Counted from the stretch's first letter, positions 40,381 to 55,450 are shown. The stretch is DNA of 64,000 nt from Octopus sinensis (GCF_006345805.1 NC_042997.1:179738001-179802000), one strand, 5' to 3'. The notes: generated by a model from the letters alone, not told the origin. Numbers and translations: made by a program.

Positions 40381-40684
40381 CATGTAAGTATGCATGCATC
40401 TATGTATGTATGTATGTATGTATGTATGTATGTTTGTGCGTGTGTGTGTGAACACTGAATGAAGGACATGGAATGTGAATCTACTGAGAGGGGTGAATAT
40501 GAAATTAATAGAGAGAAAAAGAGTGTGCAAATTTGTTAGAATTAAAGAAAGGTAGAATGATAGAAAATACAGGGAAAGAAAATTTAAAAGCGAATAAAGA
40601 TAGTGCAAAGGAAAAGTAACATTTAACGTGGGCATGTATCAGCTTTAACTGGTTTATTTAAATTTTAACCAGAGAAACGCAATC

Positions 40685-40748
<64 letters not shown>

Positions 40749-41228
40749 CAGAATTAGAAAACGTAGATTGTAACTAGAAAAGCAATTTCTACAAGAGAAA
40801 ATATATGATCTAAAACCATAAGGAACAAATATAACAAAATATAATGTGTAGAAAAGAAAGATCTTATTGAGCTAAGATATTTATTCCGGGCGTCCCACTT
40901 GTTATATTCATTTCGTTTCTTGCTGTATTTATATTTTAGTTTATTTCCCTGAATTCTATTTCAGTATATCAGTATTTAAATTTTTTGCACGTCCTATGCT
41001 GAGAATATCATTATTAAAAAACAAAATGAAAACCTTCTTTTAATGAATGCGGAAAGGTTATCATACCCTTGATAATTGCTATGCTTATTCAATCATCTCT
41101 TCTCTCCCTTGTATATATATGGTATGCATTGTTGTCTTATTTTTATCTTTTTTTTTTCCTTACAGTTCTCTCTCTCTCTCTCTCTCTCTCTTTATGTGCG
41201 TTAATCTGAGGTTTAATCATGGTTTAAA

Positions 41229-41655
41229 ATTTTAGTACAAGGCCAGCAATTTCTTGGGAGTGAGTGAATCGATTACATCGACCCCAGTGCACTGCTGGTA
41301 CTTTATTTAGCAATCCTGAAAGGTATGAACGGCAAAGTCGACCTCGGCTGAATTTGAACTCAGAACATAATGACGGACAATATCTATTTCTTTACTACCC
41401 ACAAGGGGCTAAACATAGAGTGGACAAACAAGGACAGACAAACGGATTAAGTCGATTATATCGACCCTAGTGCGTAACTGGTACTTAATTTATCGACCCC
41501 GAAAGGATGAAAGGCACAGTCGACCTCGGCGGAATTTGAACTCAGAACGTAGCGACAGACAAAATACCTATTTCTTTATTACCCACAAGGGGCTAAACAT
41601 AGAGGAGACAAACAAGGACAGACATAGGTATTAAGTCGATTACATCGACCCCAAT
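41229..41655 (-). mobile_element. Tandem SINE family B copies (minus)
   Basis: Repeated gtcgacctcggc.gaatttgaactcagaac and cccacaaggggctaaaca...ggacagaca. Confidence 0.88.
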
Positions 41656-41724
41656 GCCTCAAAAACTGAATAGTAATGTCGATGCCGGAACACGGAATAA
41701 CATTCAAGCTCAGATTAATGCTGT

Positions 41725-43050
41725 GAACTGGCAGAATCCTTAGCATGCCGGGCAATATGCTTAGCGACATTTCGTCCGTCTCTACGTTGACTTCAAATGC
41801 CACCGGGTTCGACTTTGGTTTACATTATTTCGAAGTACCAGCTGAGCACTTAGGTCGATGTAATCGACTTACCCCATCACCCGAAATTGCTGGCCTTGTG
41901 CGGAATTTCGAAACCAATATTATGAAGTGCTCAAAGGCGGGGAGCTGGCGGAAACGTCAGCACGCCGGACGAAATGCTTAGCGGTATTTCGTCTGCCGTT
42001 ACGTTCTGAGTTCAAATTTCGCCGAGGTCGACATTGCCTTTCATCCTTTCTGGGTCAATAAATTAAATACCAGTTACGCACTGGGGTCGATGTAATCTAC
42101 TTAATACCTATGTCTGTCCTTGTTTGTCCCCTCTATGCTTAGCCCCTTGTGGGTAATAAAGAAATAGGTATTTCGTCTGCCACTACGTTCTGAGTTCAAA
42201 TTCCGCCGAGTCGACTTTGCCTTTCATCCTTTTGGTGTCGATTAAATAAGTACCAGTTACGCACTGGGGTCGATGTAATCGACTTAATTCGTTTGTCTGT
42301 CCTTGTTTGTCATCTCTGTGTGTAGCCCCTTGTGGGCAGTAAAGAAATAAGAATCTTTAGCACATTTGGGGTAAAATACTTAGCAGTATTTCGTCCGTCT
42401 TTACATTCTGATTTCAAATTCCACCGGGATCGACTTTGCCTTTCATCCCTTTCGGGTTCCATGAATCAGGTACCCGTTGAATGCTAGCGGTCGCTGTCAT
42501 CGACCTGAAATCCTCCCCACCCGATACTGCTAATCTTGCGCCAAAATCTGAAACCAACATTATTGTGTACTCTAAGACGGCCAGCTGGCAGCATTGTTAA
42601 CAAACCGGACATAGCGCTTAGCGTCATTTCGCCTGTCTTTGCGCTGTGAATTCAAATTCCACCGAGGTCGACTTTGCTTTCATCCTTTCTTGGTCGATAT
42701 AATAAGTACCTGTTGAGTAAGGCGGCGAGTTGGCAGAAACGTTAGCACGCCGGGCGAAATGCTTAGCGGTATTTCGTCTGCCGCTACGTTCTGAGTTCAA
42801 ATTCCGCCGAGGTCGACTTTGCCTTTCGTCCTTTCGGGGTCGATAAATTAAGTACCAGTTACGCCCTTGGGTCGATATAATCGACTTAATCCTTTTGTCT
42901 GTCCTTGTTTGTCCTCTCTGTTTTTAGCCCCTTGTGGGTAGTAAAGAAATAGGTATAATAAGTACCAGTTGAATACTAGTGTGATGTAATCAACTTACCC
43001 ACTCACCCAAAACTGCTGGGCTTGTACCAAAATTTGAAATAAACATTATC
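41725..43050 (+). mobile_element. Array of about six SINE family B units, young copies nested in older monomers
   Basis: Repeated cores. The young copy 42720-42953 is flanked by tataataagtacc(t/a)gttga(g/a)ta at 42698-42719 and 42954-42975. Confidence 0.88.
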
Positions 43051-43483
43051 AAGTGCTCGATAAATGGTAGGGATAACAGGGATATTTAGTGCTTCAGTTA
43101 AATATATTTTCTGCTTATTTATCCTTCTATCAGTCTGACATGAACATCCAGTCTTACCCTACCATCTCTCTCTTCCTATTACACGTTCTCCCTCCCTAAC
43201 ACACACCCACACACTCACATACACACACAAAAACACACACAACGTCATACTCACACACATACATATGCGTCACTTTACCTGATCCCCTCTTAATCTTTAG
43301 TAGACTATACTTAACGGTATATGGTACTATGAAACTTCGTTAGTATGCCCAATTTCTTGTTTTCGTTATTTTTCTAGCTTATTATTGCTTGAACATCTGC
43401 GACTAAACACATCCATCATATCTACACTAAATTCAATTGAATTTCAGTGTGAATTGATTCATTCAGGGTTTTCATTGATTCTG

Positions 43484-43564
<81 letters not shown>

Positions 43565-43591
43565 CTATCTGTCTATCTATCTATCTATCTA

Positions 43592-43661
<70 letters not shown>

Positions 43662-43761
43662 CTTCTCAGTCTGTCTGTCTGTCTGCCTATATACATACAC
43701 ACACACAAACATATACATGTAAGTATTCATATACATATATATTATATATATATATATATCT

Positions 43762-43820
<59 letters not shown>

Positions 43821-44623
43821 GCAAGCGAGCATGGATGTGCATATCTATGTGTGTGCATGTGAGCGTGTGTATAAGCGTATATATTATATATATGAATATC
43901 TGTATATCGCATGTAAGATAACACGCATATACATACATACAAGCATACATACATACACACATACATACGTACATACATACGTACATACATGCATACGAAC
44001 ATACATGCATATACATAAATACATACATACATACATACATACATACATGCATACATACATACATACATGCATACATACATACATACTACATACATACATA
44101 CATACATACATACATACATACATACATAGATACATACACACACACACACACATTCAAGCACAGACATAACGTGAATACCTATATCCTGTTCTTCGAATGC
44201 ATTTCCCCTCGTACAGCCGTTCTTTATTTTTAAGCGAAATACAAACGCATGCTTCGTGAAAGCAATGCATGACAATCATTTTGGGAATGCCTACTGCAAG
44301 GCTCCTGCCTGCTTGCAGCTGCTGCTGCTCATTCCGCTGCTGTTGCTGCCGTGTGATACTACTGCTTGTCTTTCGTGTTAGCGAAATGGAAGTTACTGTT
44401 GCTGATGCTGTTGTTGTTGGTGGTGTTGGTCTTGTTGTTGTTGTTGTTGGTGGTGGTGGTGAGGGTGTTGGTGGTGGTGGTGTAGCTATTTCTTGGCTGC
44501 TAGCAGCCAGCGAGAATCATCAGGCATTATCGATCTCTTTGAATAATAATGGAGTTTCCACAAAACCTGAGCTGCTATCACCGTCGACGCTATCATGCAT
44601 AACATAACCCGCCATCATTATCA

Positions 44624-44659
<36 letters not shown>

Positions 44660-44739
44660 CTAAGACCGACGTCAACAACGATGCCATCGCCGCCGCCATC
44701 GCGACCATCGCCATCATTAACACCATCGTCATCATCATT

Positions 44740-44784
<45 letters not shown>

Positions 44785-45513
44785 GTCATCATCATCGTCG
44801 TCGTCATCGTCACCACCATTGTCATCATCATCATCGTCGTCGTCGTCGTCGTCGTCATCATCATCATCTTCACTGTCGTCATCGTCGTTGTCATCATTAT
44901 CATCATCATCATCGTTATCGTCGTCGTCGTCGTCATCATCATCTTCACTGTCGTCATCATCAACGTCATCATCATCTTCATCATCATCATCATCGTTATT
45001 GTCGTCGTCATCGTCATCATCATCATCATTATCATCATCATCGCCGTCGTCATCATCGTCATCGTCATCACCATCATTATTATCTCTCTACAAATAACAC
45101 CTATATAACCACTTGTACCTCACCATTCCTGTTAAAGACCGTCATTAGTAATCACCATCGGCATCGCCTACACCTCTCCCATTACCCACGCATGCTAAAA
45201 CCGCTATCAGTATCCGAAATACCATCACCACCACCACCACCACCACCATCACCATCACCATCGCCGACGCCGCTGCCACCTCCCACCATTACCACCATCA
45301 CCGTGATCGCCGCCGCCGCCAGCATCACCAGCCAGCCCCATTATCAATACCACGTCCGCTCTCATGACTACCGTCTACCATCGCAATCCCTTCCACCGCC
45401 GGTATTTACCATTACTACTGTAGCCCCAATCACCATCGTGGTTTCAACCGATACATAGGCAACCAACACCACCGCCTCCACTACCACCAATACCACTGCT
45501 GCTGCTGCTGCTG

Positions 45514-45555
<42 letters not shown>

Positions 45556-45747
45556 TCAGTACCCTCATCATCATTTTCTATACCACTACCATTAACCAAT
45601 ACTACCACCAGCACCAACACAACCACTAATACAACCATCACCACCACAACCACCACCACCACCACCACCACTATTACTACTACTACTACTACTACTGTCA
45701 GTACCGTCGCCATCATTTTCAATACTACGACCACGACGACGACCACG

Positions 45748-45813
<66 letters not shown>

Positions 45814-46469
45814 GCTGCTGCTGCTACGACTACTACCACTGCTGCTGCTGCTACTGCTGCTGCTGCTGCACCACTACTACCATCACTATCACCACCGCCA
45901 CCACAATCATCACTTCTGACATCTCTGCCACCATATCTATCAACACCACCAATACTACCTTTGCTACTGCAACCAATACTGCCATCTCCCCCCAACCGCC
46001 ATCACCATGACACTATAGAAGCCCCAACACCTTCCTCATTATTACAGTCACCAATGCCACTGCCACAACCACCACACCGCCAACACCAACACCACTAGAA
46101 CATCCACCACTCCCAGCAGCTCACCTCTATCACTACCACCACCAACACCGCCGCCGCCGCCGCCGCCGCCGCCGCGACTATTGCTTACAGTCACCTGTAA
46201 TGTCACCACCGACCCCTTGTCGAGTATTACCACTACACGACAACCACCAGCGTCTAACTCCAACACTACCACCACCAACAACAGCTAGAACAACGCTACC
46301 ACCACCACCACCACCACCACCACCAGCAACAAGAACAGCAATACCACTACCAACACCAATTCCACCGCCGCCATCAACAGCACCAACACCAACGCCATCT
46401 CTACCACAACCACCAGTATCACCACTACCTAAAGCAACACCAATAGCAAGAACACCATCACCAACACCA

Positions 46470-47255
46470 CCACTTCATACACGCCGCCACTACTCTCAAT
46501 GCACCGCCACCACCCCATACACCGTCACCACTCCATACACCGCCACCACTCCATACACGGCAACCACTTCATACACACCACCACTACTCTTCATACACCG
46601 CCACCACTCCTTACACCACCACCACTCCTTACACCGCCACCACTCCATACACCGCCACCACTCCATACACGGCAACCACTTCATACGCACCACCACTACT
46701 CTTCATACACCGCCACCACTCCTTACACCGCCACCACTCCTTACACCGCCACCACTCCATACACCGCCACCACTCCATACACCACCACCACTTCGTACAC
46801 GACTACCACTCCGTACACGACCACCACTACGTACACCACCACCACTCCATTCACCGCCACCTATCCATACACCGCCACCACACCATACACCACCACCATC
46901 ATTCCATACACCTCCACCACCCCATACCCCGCCACCACTCCATACACCGCCACCACTCCATACACCACCACCGTTCCATACACCACCACCACTCCATACC
47001 CCGCCACCACTTCGTACACGACCACCACTCCGTACACCGCACCACTCCGTACACCACCACCATTCCGTACACCACCACTCCGTACATCACCACCAGTACT
47101 CCATACACCGCCACCACTCCGTACACGGTCACCACTCCCTGCACCACCACCACTCCATACACCACCACCACTACATACACCACCACCACCACTACATACA
47201 GCGCCATCATTCCAAACACCGACACCACCCCATACACCACCACCACCACCACCAA
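46470..47255 (+). repeat. ~18-bp minisatellite (caccgccaccactccata)n
   Basis: Dozens of variant units. Translates as TPPPLH / TATTPY repeats in two open frames. Confidence 0.9.
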
Positions 47256-47732
47256 TACCATGGTCAAAGACTTCAACAGCTGCTCTAGAACTTGTACCAC
47301 CACTATGAAGACCTGCGTCACCGGTGTGACAGCTATGATCACCACAACAATTAACATCATTATTATCTCCAACGCCAACGTTACAACCCAACTCCTGTCC
47401 ATAAGCCGTGTCTCGCAGCCATCATCGCTACCATTACAACCACCATGACTACAATCACCACCAACATTACCAGTGTTAACCATCACCCTCACCATCGTCA
47501 TCATCAGCAGCACAATCTTATCACCAACAGAACTACCATTTCCTCTATCACCACTTTTACCAACTCCACTTTGTCTAGAACCATCATTTTCGTCATCTAT
47601 AGGCATACCTAATGTCGAGTGAGCCTCTCTAAGTGGTCACACATCCTGCTAGAAACACCAGCCAAATGTTCCTAAAATCTTTCCATACTATTTTAGAAAA
47701 ATGTCTCACTGGATAATGTGCTCCCGAGGTCC

Positions 47733-48128
47733 TTACTCTTTTACTTGTTTCAGTGATTTGACAGTGGCCATGCTGAAGCAACGCTTTTAGTCGAGCAAAT
47801 CGACCCCAGGACTTGTTCTTTGTAAGCCTAGTACTTAGTCTATCGGTGTCTTTTGCCGAACCACTAGGTTACGGGGACGTAAGCACACCAGTATCTGTTG
47901 TCAAGCGATGTTGAGGGGACAAACACAGACATACAAACACACACATATATATATACATATATACGACGGGCTTCTTTCAGTTTCCGTCTACCAAATCCAC
48001 TCACAAGGCTTTGGTCAGCCCGAGGCTATAGTAGAAGACATTTGCCCAAGGTGTCACGCAGTGGGACTGAACTCAGAACCATGTGGTTGGTAAGCAAGCT
48101 ACTTACCACACAACCACTCCTGTGCCTA
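47733..48128 (-). mobile_element. Full-length SINE family A
   Basis: Colinear with 15748-16180. Confidence 0.92.
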
Positions 48129-48927
48129 TAACCCTGCACATAAAAAAAGATAGAAAAATGCAGGGGGGTCCCGATTGGAATGCCCTTGATCCAAAAGTTG
48201 TTCAATAAGGGTTAACCTGGGGGCTAAACAAAAACAGCAATAAAACAAGCAACCACAAAAGTTACAGCAGCAACAGCTGCAACAACAACAACAAAAGCAT
48301 CAACAACAGCAATAACCATCTTTATGACCAGAAGCACCACCTGAACACTATCACCGTCACTACAAATTCTTCCCCACCCCTTCTGTATTGTCTGGAAAGT
48401 TCACCTTCGCGGCATAGACGGGCTCTGAAAATAATCGTTCGCTTTTGCTAGAAACAGCAGCCAGATTTCCCTGAAATCAGAACGTCACTTTCTTAGAAAC
48501 GTACTCTTAGGGCAATGCGTCTTAATTCCTCTCACATACAGGGAAAAAGACGAGTTGGTCATAACTGGAATGCCTTTGGTCATAGATCTCTCAATCGGGG
48601 ATTAACCCGAGGCTAAGTAACAACAACAAACAAATAAACTAGCCACCGCCATCAGCTTAATTCCACCTCCACCGCCACCTCCACACCTAGAACCATCAAT
48701 ACATTCATCTATATCGGTAACACCGCCACCTTAACCACCATCCGCCTTCATGTCCAGCTGTCCAGCCAGAGCCATCACTCTATTCCCACCGTCATCGTCA
48801 TCGTCATCATCATCATCATCATCGTCGTCGTCGTCATTATCATCATCACCACCATCATTATTAATATCAATGAGCCGATGGGTGAGACTTAGACGTGGTA
48901 ACGTAGCCTGCTAGAAATAGAGGCCAA

Positions 48928-49435
48928 ACTTCCCTAATATTTCATTTCTACCTTATAGAAAACGACATGCATAATATGACCCTGGGTTAACTGTAAATAG
49001 AATTTTAAAAGGTGAGATGGTCATGGCTAGAATGTCCTATGTTCCTCAGGGCTACTTCCCTAATATTCCATTTCTACCTTTTAGAAAACGACATGCATAA
49101 TATAACCCTGGTTTAACTGTAAATAAAATTTTAAAAGGTGAGATGGTCATGGCTAGAATGTCCTATGTTCCTCAGGGCTACTTCCCTAATATTCCATTTC
49201 TACCTTTTAGAAAGTGACATGTATAATATGACCCTGGGTTCGCTGCAAATAAATTTTTAAAAGGTGAGATGGTCATGGCTAGAATATCCTATGTTCCTAA
49301 GGGCTACTTCCCTAATATTTCATTTCTACCTTTTAGAAAGCGACATGTATAATATGACCCTGGGTTCGCTGTAAATAAAATTTTAAAAGGTGAGATGGTC
49401 ATGGCTAGAATATCCGATGTTCCTAAGGGCTACTT
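48928..49435 (+). repeat. Four tandem copies of a 126-bp unit derived from an old dispersed repeat
   Basis: acttccctaatatt starts at 48928, 49054, 49180 and 49306. The upstream gctagaaatag..gccaaa motif recurs at ~26.44, 47.65, 48.45, 51.05, 51.54 and 52.30 kb. Confidence 0.93.
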
Positions 49436-49859
49436 GATCAGTGTTGATCCTAGTGTTAAACAGCAACAATAACAACAACGCAATCTCCAGATCTATCACC
49501 ACCGCCATCGTCGGCATCATCATCATCATTATCGACGTCGTCGGCGTCGCCGCCGTCGTCATCATCGTAGTCGTCGTTGTCGTCGTTGTCATCGTCATCC
49601 TTATAGACTTCAACACATAAAGCAGCCAACACTTCCACCACATTCGCACTTACCATATGTACCATGACCACAACTACCACGTCCGCCATAACTAGGAAAG
49701 GTCATTAACATCTTCATGGCCACCACGGCCGCTATAGCTACCACCTCCACACACAATCATACAAGACTGCATCCACCACAAATACACTATATCCGTTGTA
49801 CTCATCATCACAACCACCACCACTACCACCACCACCACCACCACCACTACCACCACCAC

Positions 49860-50125
49860 CACATCATCATCACCAACATCACCACCACCACCATCACCAA
49901 CATCACCACCACCACCATCACCAACATCACCATCATCACCAATATCACCACCATCACCAACATCACCATCATCACCAACATCACCACCACCACCATCACC
50001 AACATCACCACTACCACCATCACCAACATCACCACCACCACCACCATCACCAACATCACCACCACCACCATCACCAACATCACCACCACCACCATCGCAA
50101 CATGACCACCACCACCATCACCATC
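49860..50125 (+). repeat. 18-24-bp minisatellite (caccaacatcaccaccaccaccat)n
   Basis: Directly visible. Confidence 0.9.
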
Positions 50126-50750
50126 ATCACCGTCATCATCGAAATCCGTCTCTTCCTGCGGGTTTGTTGTTTAGTCCCAGATGGAGCAAACTTACGATCA
50201 AAACCCTTCCAGTCGTGGCCACCATTCCCCATCTTGTTATCCCATGTGCATGAAACCCGACGTGAAAACTACAATCATCGAAAGTGTCCTTGTTGTAAGA
50301 TGGCGAGGTGCGTGATTTTTGAGGCGGTCTCGTTGCTGTTTCTAGCTGATCCAACTAGTACCCAACTAGTTTTCGTCTTTTCGTTGGCTCCTTCCCGCCA
50401 GATCGCCACCAACCAACAGCCATCGCCGCTGCTACTGTTGCCGCTGCTGCTGCTGCTGCTGTTGTTGCTGCCGCTTCTGCTGCAGCTACTGGCACCGTCG
50501 TTATTTAGTCTACCCTGTACATCACATCATCATTGACAGTATACATCTTTATAAACAAACCCCCCGAAACGACCACCACCCGTACCAGTCGCTATACTAA
50601 CCATCAGCAATACCTACTTTTACTACTACTACTACTACTACTACTTACAATATCACCAGCAACGTCACCACCACTACCACGACCACCAGCCCTCCCCATC
50701 AGAACTGTTTCTACTACCATGGTTACCCTCACCATCTCTCTACTATTCTT

Positions 50751-50789
<39 letters not shown>

Positions 50790-51461
50790 GTCGCCGTCGT
50801 CGTCGTCGTCGCCATCATCAGCATCATCACCGTTATCATCATCGTCATCATCATCGTCGTCGTTGCCGTCGTCGTCATCATCATCATCATCATCATCATC
50901 ATCGTCATCATCATCATCATCATCATCATTATCGTCACCATCATTATCATCATCGTCATCATCATCGTCGTCATCGTCATCCGAATCGTCATCGGCGTAT
51001 TGAACCAAACCAATGAGGGCGTGTCTATGTGGTCTCTGAAACCACTAGAAATAGCAACCAAATTCACCTGAAATAATCAGAAAATCAAAAAGTTGAAATT
51101 GTGTGTTTTTATTCTTAGTAGCATAGAGGAATTTTAGGGAAAGTAAAGGGTGGTTGGTCACAGCTGGAATATATTTGTTCATATATCTACTAGATCGGTC
51201 GGAATCGAATCCAATGGTTAGGAGGGTTGGGGAAACAACAACAATAACGACAACAACAACAACAATAACATATCACTACAACTCTTGCAGTAGCCACTAC
51301 TATCATTATTGTAGCCACCACAAACACTATCAATTCGACTATCACGACCGCGACTGCTAGTATCATCACGACCTCATCAACAATACCATCACCAGAACAA
51401 CAGCAACAGTACCAACAACAACAACAAAAACAACATGGGTCGTCATCATCGTCGTGGTCGT

Positions 51462-51622
51462 CATTATCATCATCACCACTATCATTATTAATATCAATGA
51501 GCCGACGGGAGAGTCTTAGACGTGGTAAGTTAACCTGCTAGAAATAGAGGCCAAACTTCCCTATTTCATTTCTGCCTTTTAGAAAACGACATGTATAATA
51601 TGACCCTGGGTTAACTGTAAAT
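51462..51622 (+). repeat. Duplicate of 48835-48998
   Basis: attaatatcaatgagccga...ttagacgtggtaa...gaggccaaacttccct...gggttaactgtaaata is shared. Confidence 0.85.
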
Positions 51623-51663
51623 AACTGTAAATCGGCGGCGTCGGCGTCGTCGTCGTCGTCGCC

Positions 51664-51711
<48 letters not shown>

Positions 51712-52914
51712 GTCGTCGTCGTCATCGTCGTCATCGACATCATCATCATCATCATCATCGTCATCATCATTATCATCATTGGTCAACATGGGTCCCCATC
51801 GTTTATTCGCTGAATATACCAAAACAACCGCCACCACCACCACCACCACCACCACCACCACAAACAACAACAACAACAACGGCGCCGAAACCACATGACC
51901 AACTATATCATCCATGTCGTTTTAACGCCCAAACCACAAATACCAACAACTTTGCAACCACAAATAACACCCCACCACCACCACACATACACGCACACAA
52001 CCGCTACCACCACCACCATCACCACCAGCACTACTACTACTGAAACCACCACCACCACCGCCATCACAACCACCAACTGAGTCACATTGCAACTAACAAC
52101 AACATCCATGTTATCATAACAATAGCTAAAACTGCAAAACTGCTGCCAACACTATAACCGCCGCCACCACCAACACTAGCACCACCACCATCACAACAAC
52201 AACAACCCCCCCCCACACCACACACCGAAACGCCACCAATAAACCGTCACTAACGTTACCATCACCAACCACATGTATCCTCTATATGGTCGATCGCTTT
52301 GCTAGAAATATCAGTAAAATCTCATTCAAGTCACATCGAACCATTTTCGGTAAAGAAAGACGACACGTTTGTAAATTGTTGTCGTAGATTGCGCAGTCAG
52401 AAAATAAATTGATGGAATGGTCACGGATGGAAGCATCTTTGATGATATGTCTACTCAATCAAAGTGTTGTTCTCGGTGCTGAACAATAGCTGTACTGCCA
52501 CCGCAACTAGCCTCAACCTCCAGTACTTCTGCCTCTTCCCCTAGCAGCAACACCAACAATATCAACAATGATAACAACAACAAACTTACTACTACTGCTG
52601 CTGCTACTACTACCACTACTACTACCACTACTACTACCACTACTACTACCACTACTACTACTACTACTTCTACTACTACTACTACTACTACTACTAACAG
52701 TAATAACAGCAGCAACAACAACTACGCTACCACTTCCTGTACTACCGCCAGCACTACATTATGAACTACAAGATTACTACTATCACCCAAACCATATCAC
52801 CACAAAAACTGTCATTTAAACAGAACTACTTCCACAACAACAGAACTATCACCAAAACCGGCTTCACCAAAGCACCACCACCACCAACAACAACAACAAC
52901 AACAACCACCACAA

Positions 52915-53088
52915 CTACTACTACTACTACTACTACTACACTACTACTACTGCTGCTGCTGCTGCCGTGACTCTCCCATCACATCAAGTCTAATGGAGTG
53001 TCCACAACCACCACGATCACCACCACTGTTAACAGCGACAGCAAAAACAACAATAACGACAACAGCAACTACTATTACAACAACAACA

Positions 53089-53119
<31 letters not shown>

Positions 53120-53490
53120 TACTACTACTACGGCCGTGACACTTCCAGCAAATCAAAACTACTGCTAACAGAAACAAAAACAACAACACAACAACAACAA
53201 CAACCACAACTACTACTACTACTACTACTATACTACTACTACTGCTGCTGCTGCTGCCGTGACTCTCCCATCACATCAAGTCTAATGGAGTGTCCACAAC
53301 CACCACGATCACCACCACTGTTAACAGCGACAGCAAAAACAACAATAACGACAACAGCAACTACTATTACAACAACAACAACAACTACTACTACTACTAC
53401 TACTACTACTATTACTACTACTACGGCCGTGACACTTCCAGCAAATCAAAACTACTGCTAACAGAAACAAAAACAACAACAACAACAACA
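52915..53490 (+). repeat. Tandem duplication, ~292-bp period
   Basis: gccgtgactctcccatcacatcaagtctaatggag at 52964 and 53256; the unique parts appear identical. Confidence 0.9.
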
Positions 53491-53941
53491 CAGCAAACAG
53501 AAACAACACCAGCAGCCCCCAACACATCCACCACCACAACCACCACCACCACCACCACCACCACCAGCAACAATCACAACAACACCGCCGCCTGACCATC
53601 AAGATCACCAGCACCGTCTATATATACCATTAATGAATATCGACGCCAGCCCCAACGACAAAATCATCCTCTTGGCCGTCAACTCGAACACGCAAACGTC
53701 TTAAGACAACTAAATCATTCATTCAGATTTCATTCATGCATTCATTCATTCAGTCATTCATTCGTTCGTTCGTTCGTTCGTTCATTTATTCCTTGTTTCT
53801 GCTTCTGTTTCCTTCTACTATTCTTCCTTCTTTTTCTCTGTCCGCTTCTCTCTCTCTTTCTCTCTCTTTCTCTTTCTCTCTCTCTCTCTTTATTTCTCTT
53901 CCTCTTTTCTTCTTTCTCTTTCTCTTTTTTCTCTCTCTTTC

Positions 53942-53982
<41 letters not shown>

Positions 53983-54060
53983 TTCTCCTTGTCTCCTTAA
54001 TCTTATTCTCACACTTTTTCCTCTTCCTTTTCCTCTTCCTTTTCCTCTCATTTCTTTTTC

Positions 54061-54097
<37 letters not shown>

Positions 54098-54193
54098 CAC
54101 ACCTTGCTCACACTCACGCACACAACCACTCCAAACACACACACACACATACATACACACACACATACATACACACATACATACATACATACA

Positions 54194-54227
<34 letters not shown>

Positions 54228-54686
54228 CATACATACATACATACATACTCCGCTCTAAAATCCTATAGTTTCGCTTTGCTCTCTCTCCTTCTGTCACATC
54301 CTATGTCTCTCCTTTCTCCGTCTCATTTCCTTCTTCCTTTCTCTCTCTGTCTCTCTCTCTCTCTCTCTCGTTGCCATATGTTCGTATCATCTCTTCTAAT
54401 ATTTAACTGCTTCTCTTTTCACTCTCGTTCATTGCATCTCTCTAAATCCTCCCTCATTCATACTGTTTTTATCTGATTCCAACTCCATTCTTCCACCCCT
54501 CTCTCTCTCTCTCTCTCTCTCTTCCTCCTACTCTATCTATCACGCTCTTCTTATGGTGTGACGCCACTATTACTATTTCTACCACCCACCTCACTCTTCA
54601 TTCTCCTCCCCTTTCACTTCTTCTACCTCCTCCTCCTACTCTTTCTCCAACTAGTACCATTTGATGATGCCGATGCCGAAGATGCT

Positions 54687-54726
<40 letters not shown>

Positions 54727-55369
54727 GGAGATTGGAAATGATGTCGTTTTTGTTTCGTCGGAAAACTAGAACAACTCGCTGAAGCGACCCCTCTTGAGTA
54801 ATTCACGGTGCTATGGGAATATCGCAGTGTTTGCTTTATTTTTACATTGCTTCTTGCTTTGTTTACCGCGATGACATGTGTTGCTGTTCTAATGGTCACA
54901 TTGGTAACGTTATAGTGATACTGGGTTGTTTGTGATGCTGCTGCTGCTGTTGTTGTTGCTCCTACCTCCGCTAGGCGGTGTTGTGATGGTGGCAGTTGTG
55001 AAGGTAGTAGTTTTGGTGAGGTTGTTGGTAAGTATTATTTATGTGGTGATTTTGAGCAAGAGTTTACAAGACAGATATAATAAAATTAATTACAGGAAAA
55101 TATAATGAAATGTATGCATCTAAAAAATTTTTTTAACAATAAAGTTCTTCTTAATAGCCGAAAGTATATATAAACACATACATACAGGCATACATGCGTA
55201 CACGTATATACATAAATGTATACGTACCTTGTGTGTGTGTGTCTTCCAAGTAAGTTTTATATTTATATATACATATATTCATGAATATATATACATGCAT
55301 TTATATACATGAATATATATACATGCATATATAAACATATATATACATACAGATAGATAGATCATAGAC

Positions 55370-55450
<81 letters not shown>

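Larger units (their letters stand above)
44675..53600 (+). repeat. ~9-kb domain rich in strand-polarised trinucleotide low-complexity repeats (CAT, CAC, CTA, CAA, CGT)
   Basis: The plus strand is C/A-rich and G-poor across nearly all repeat tracts, with SINE fragments interspersed. Confidence 0.85.

Noticed and set aside
48928-49435. CRISPR-like array
   Set aside because: The units are whole tandem repeats with no unique spacers, in a eukaryotic context.
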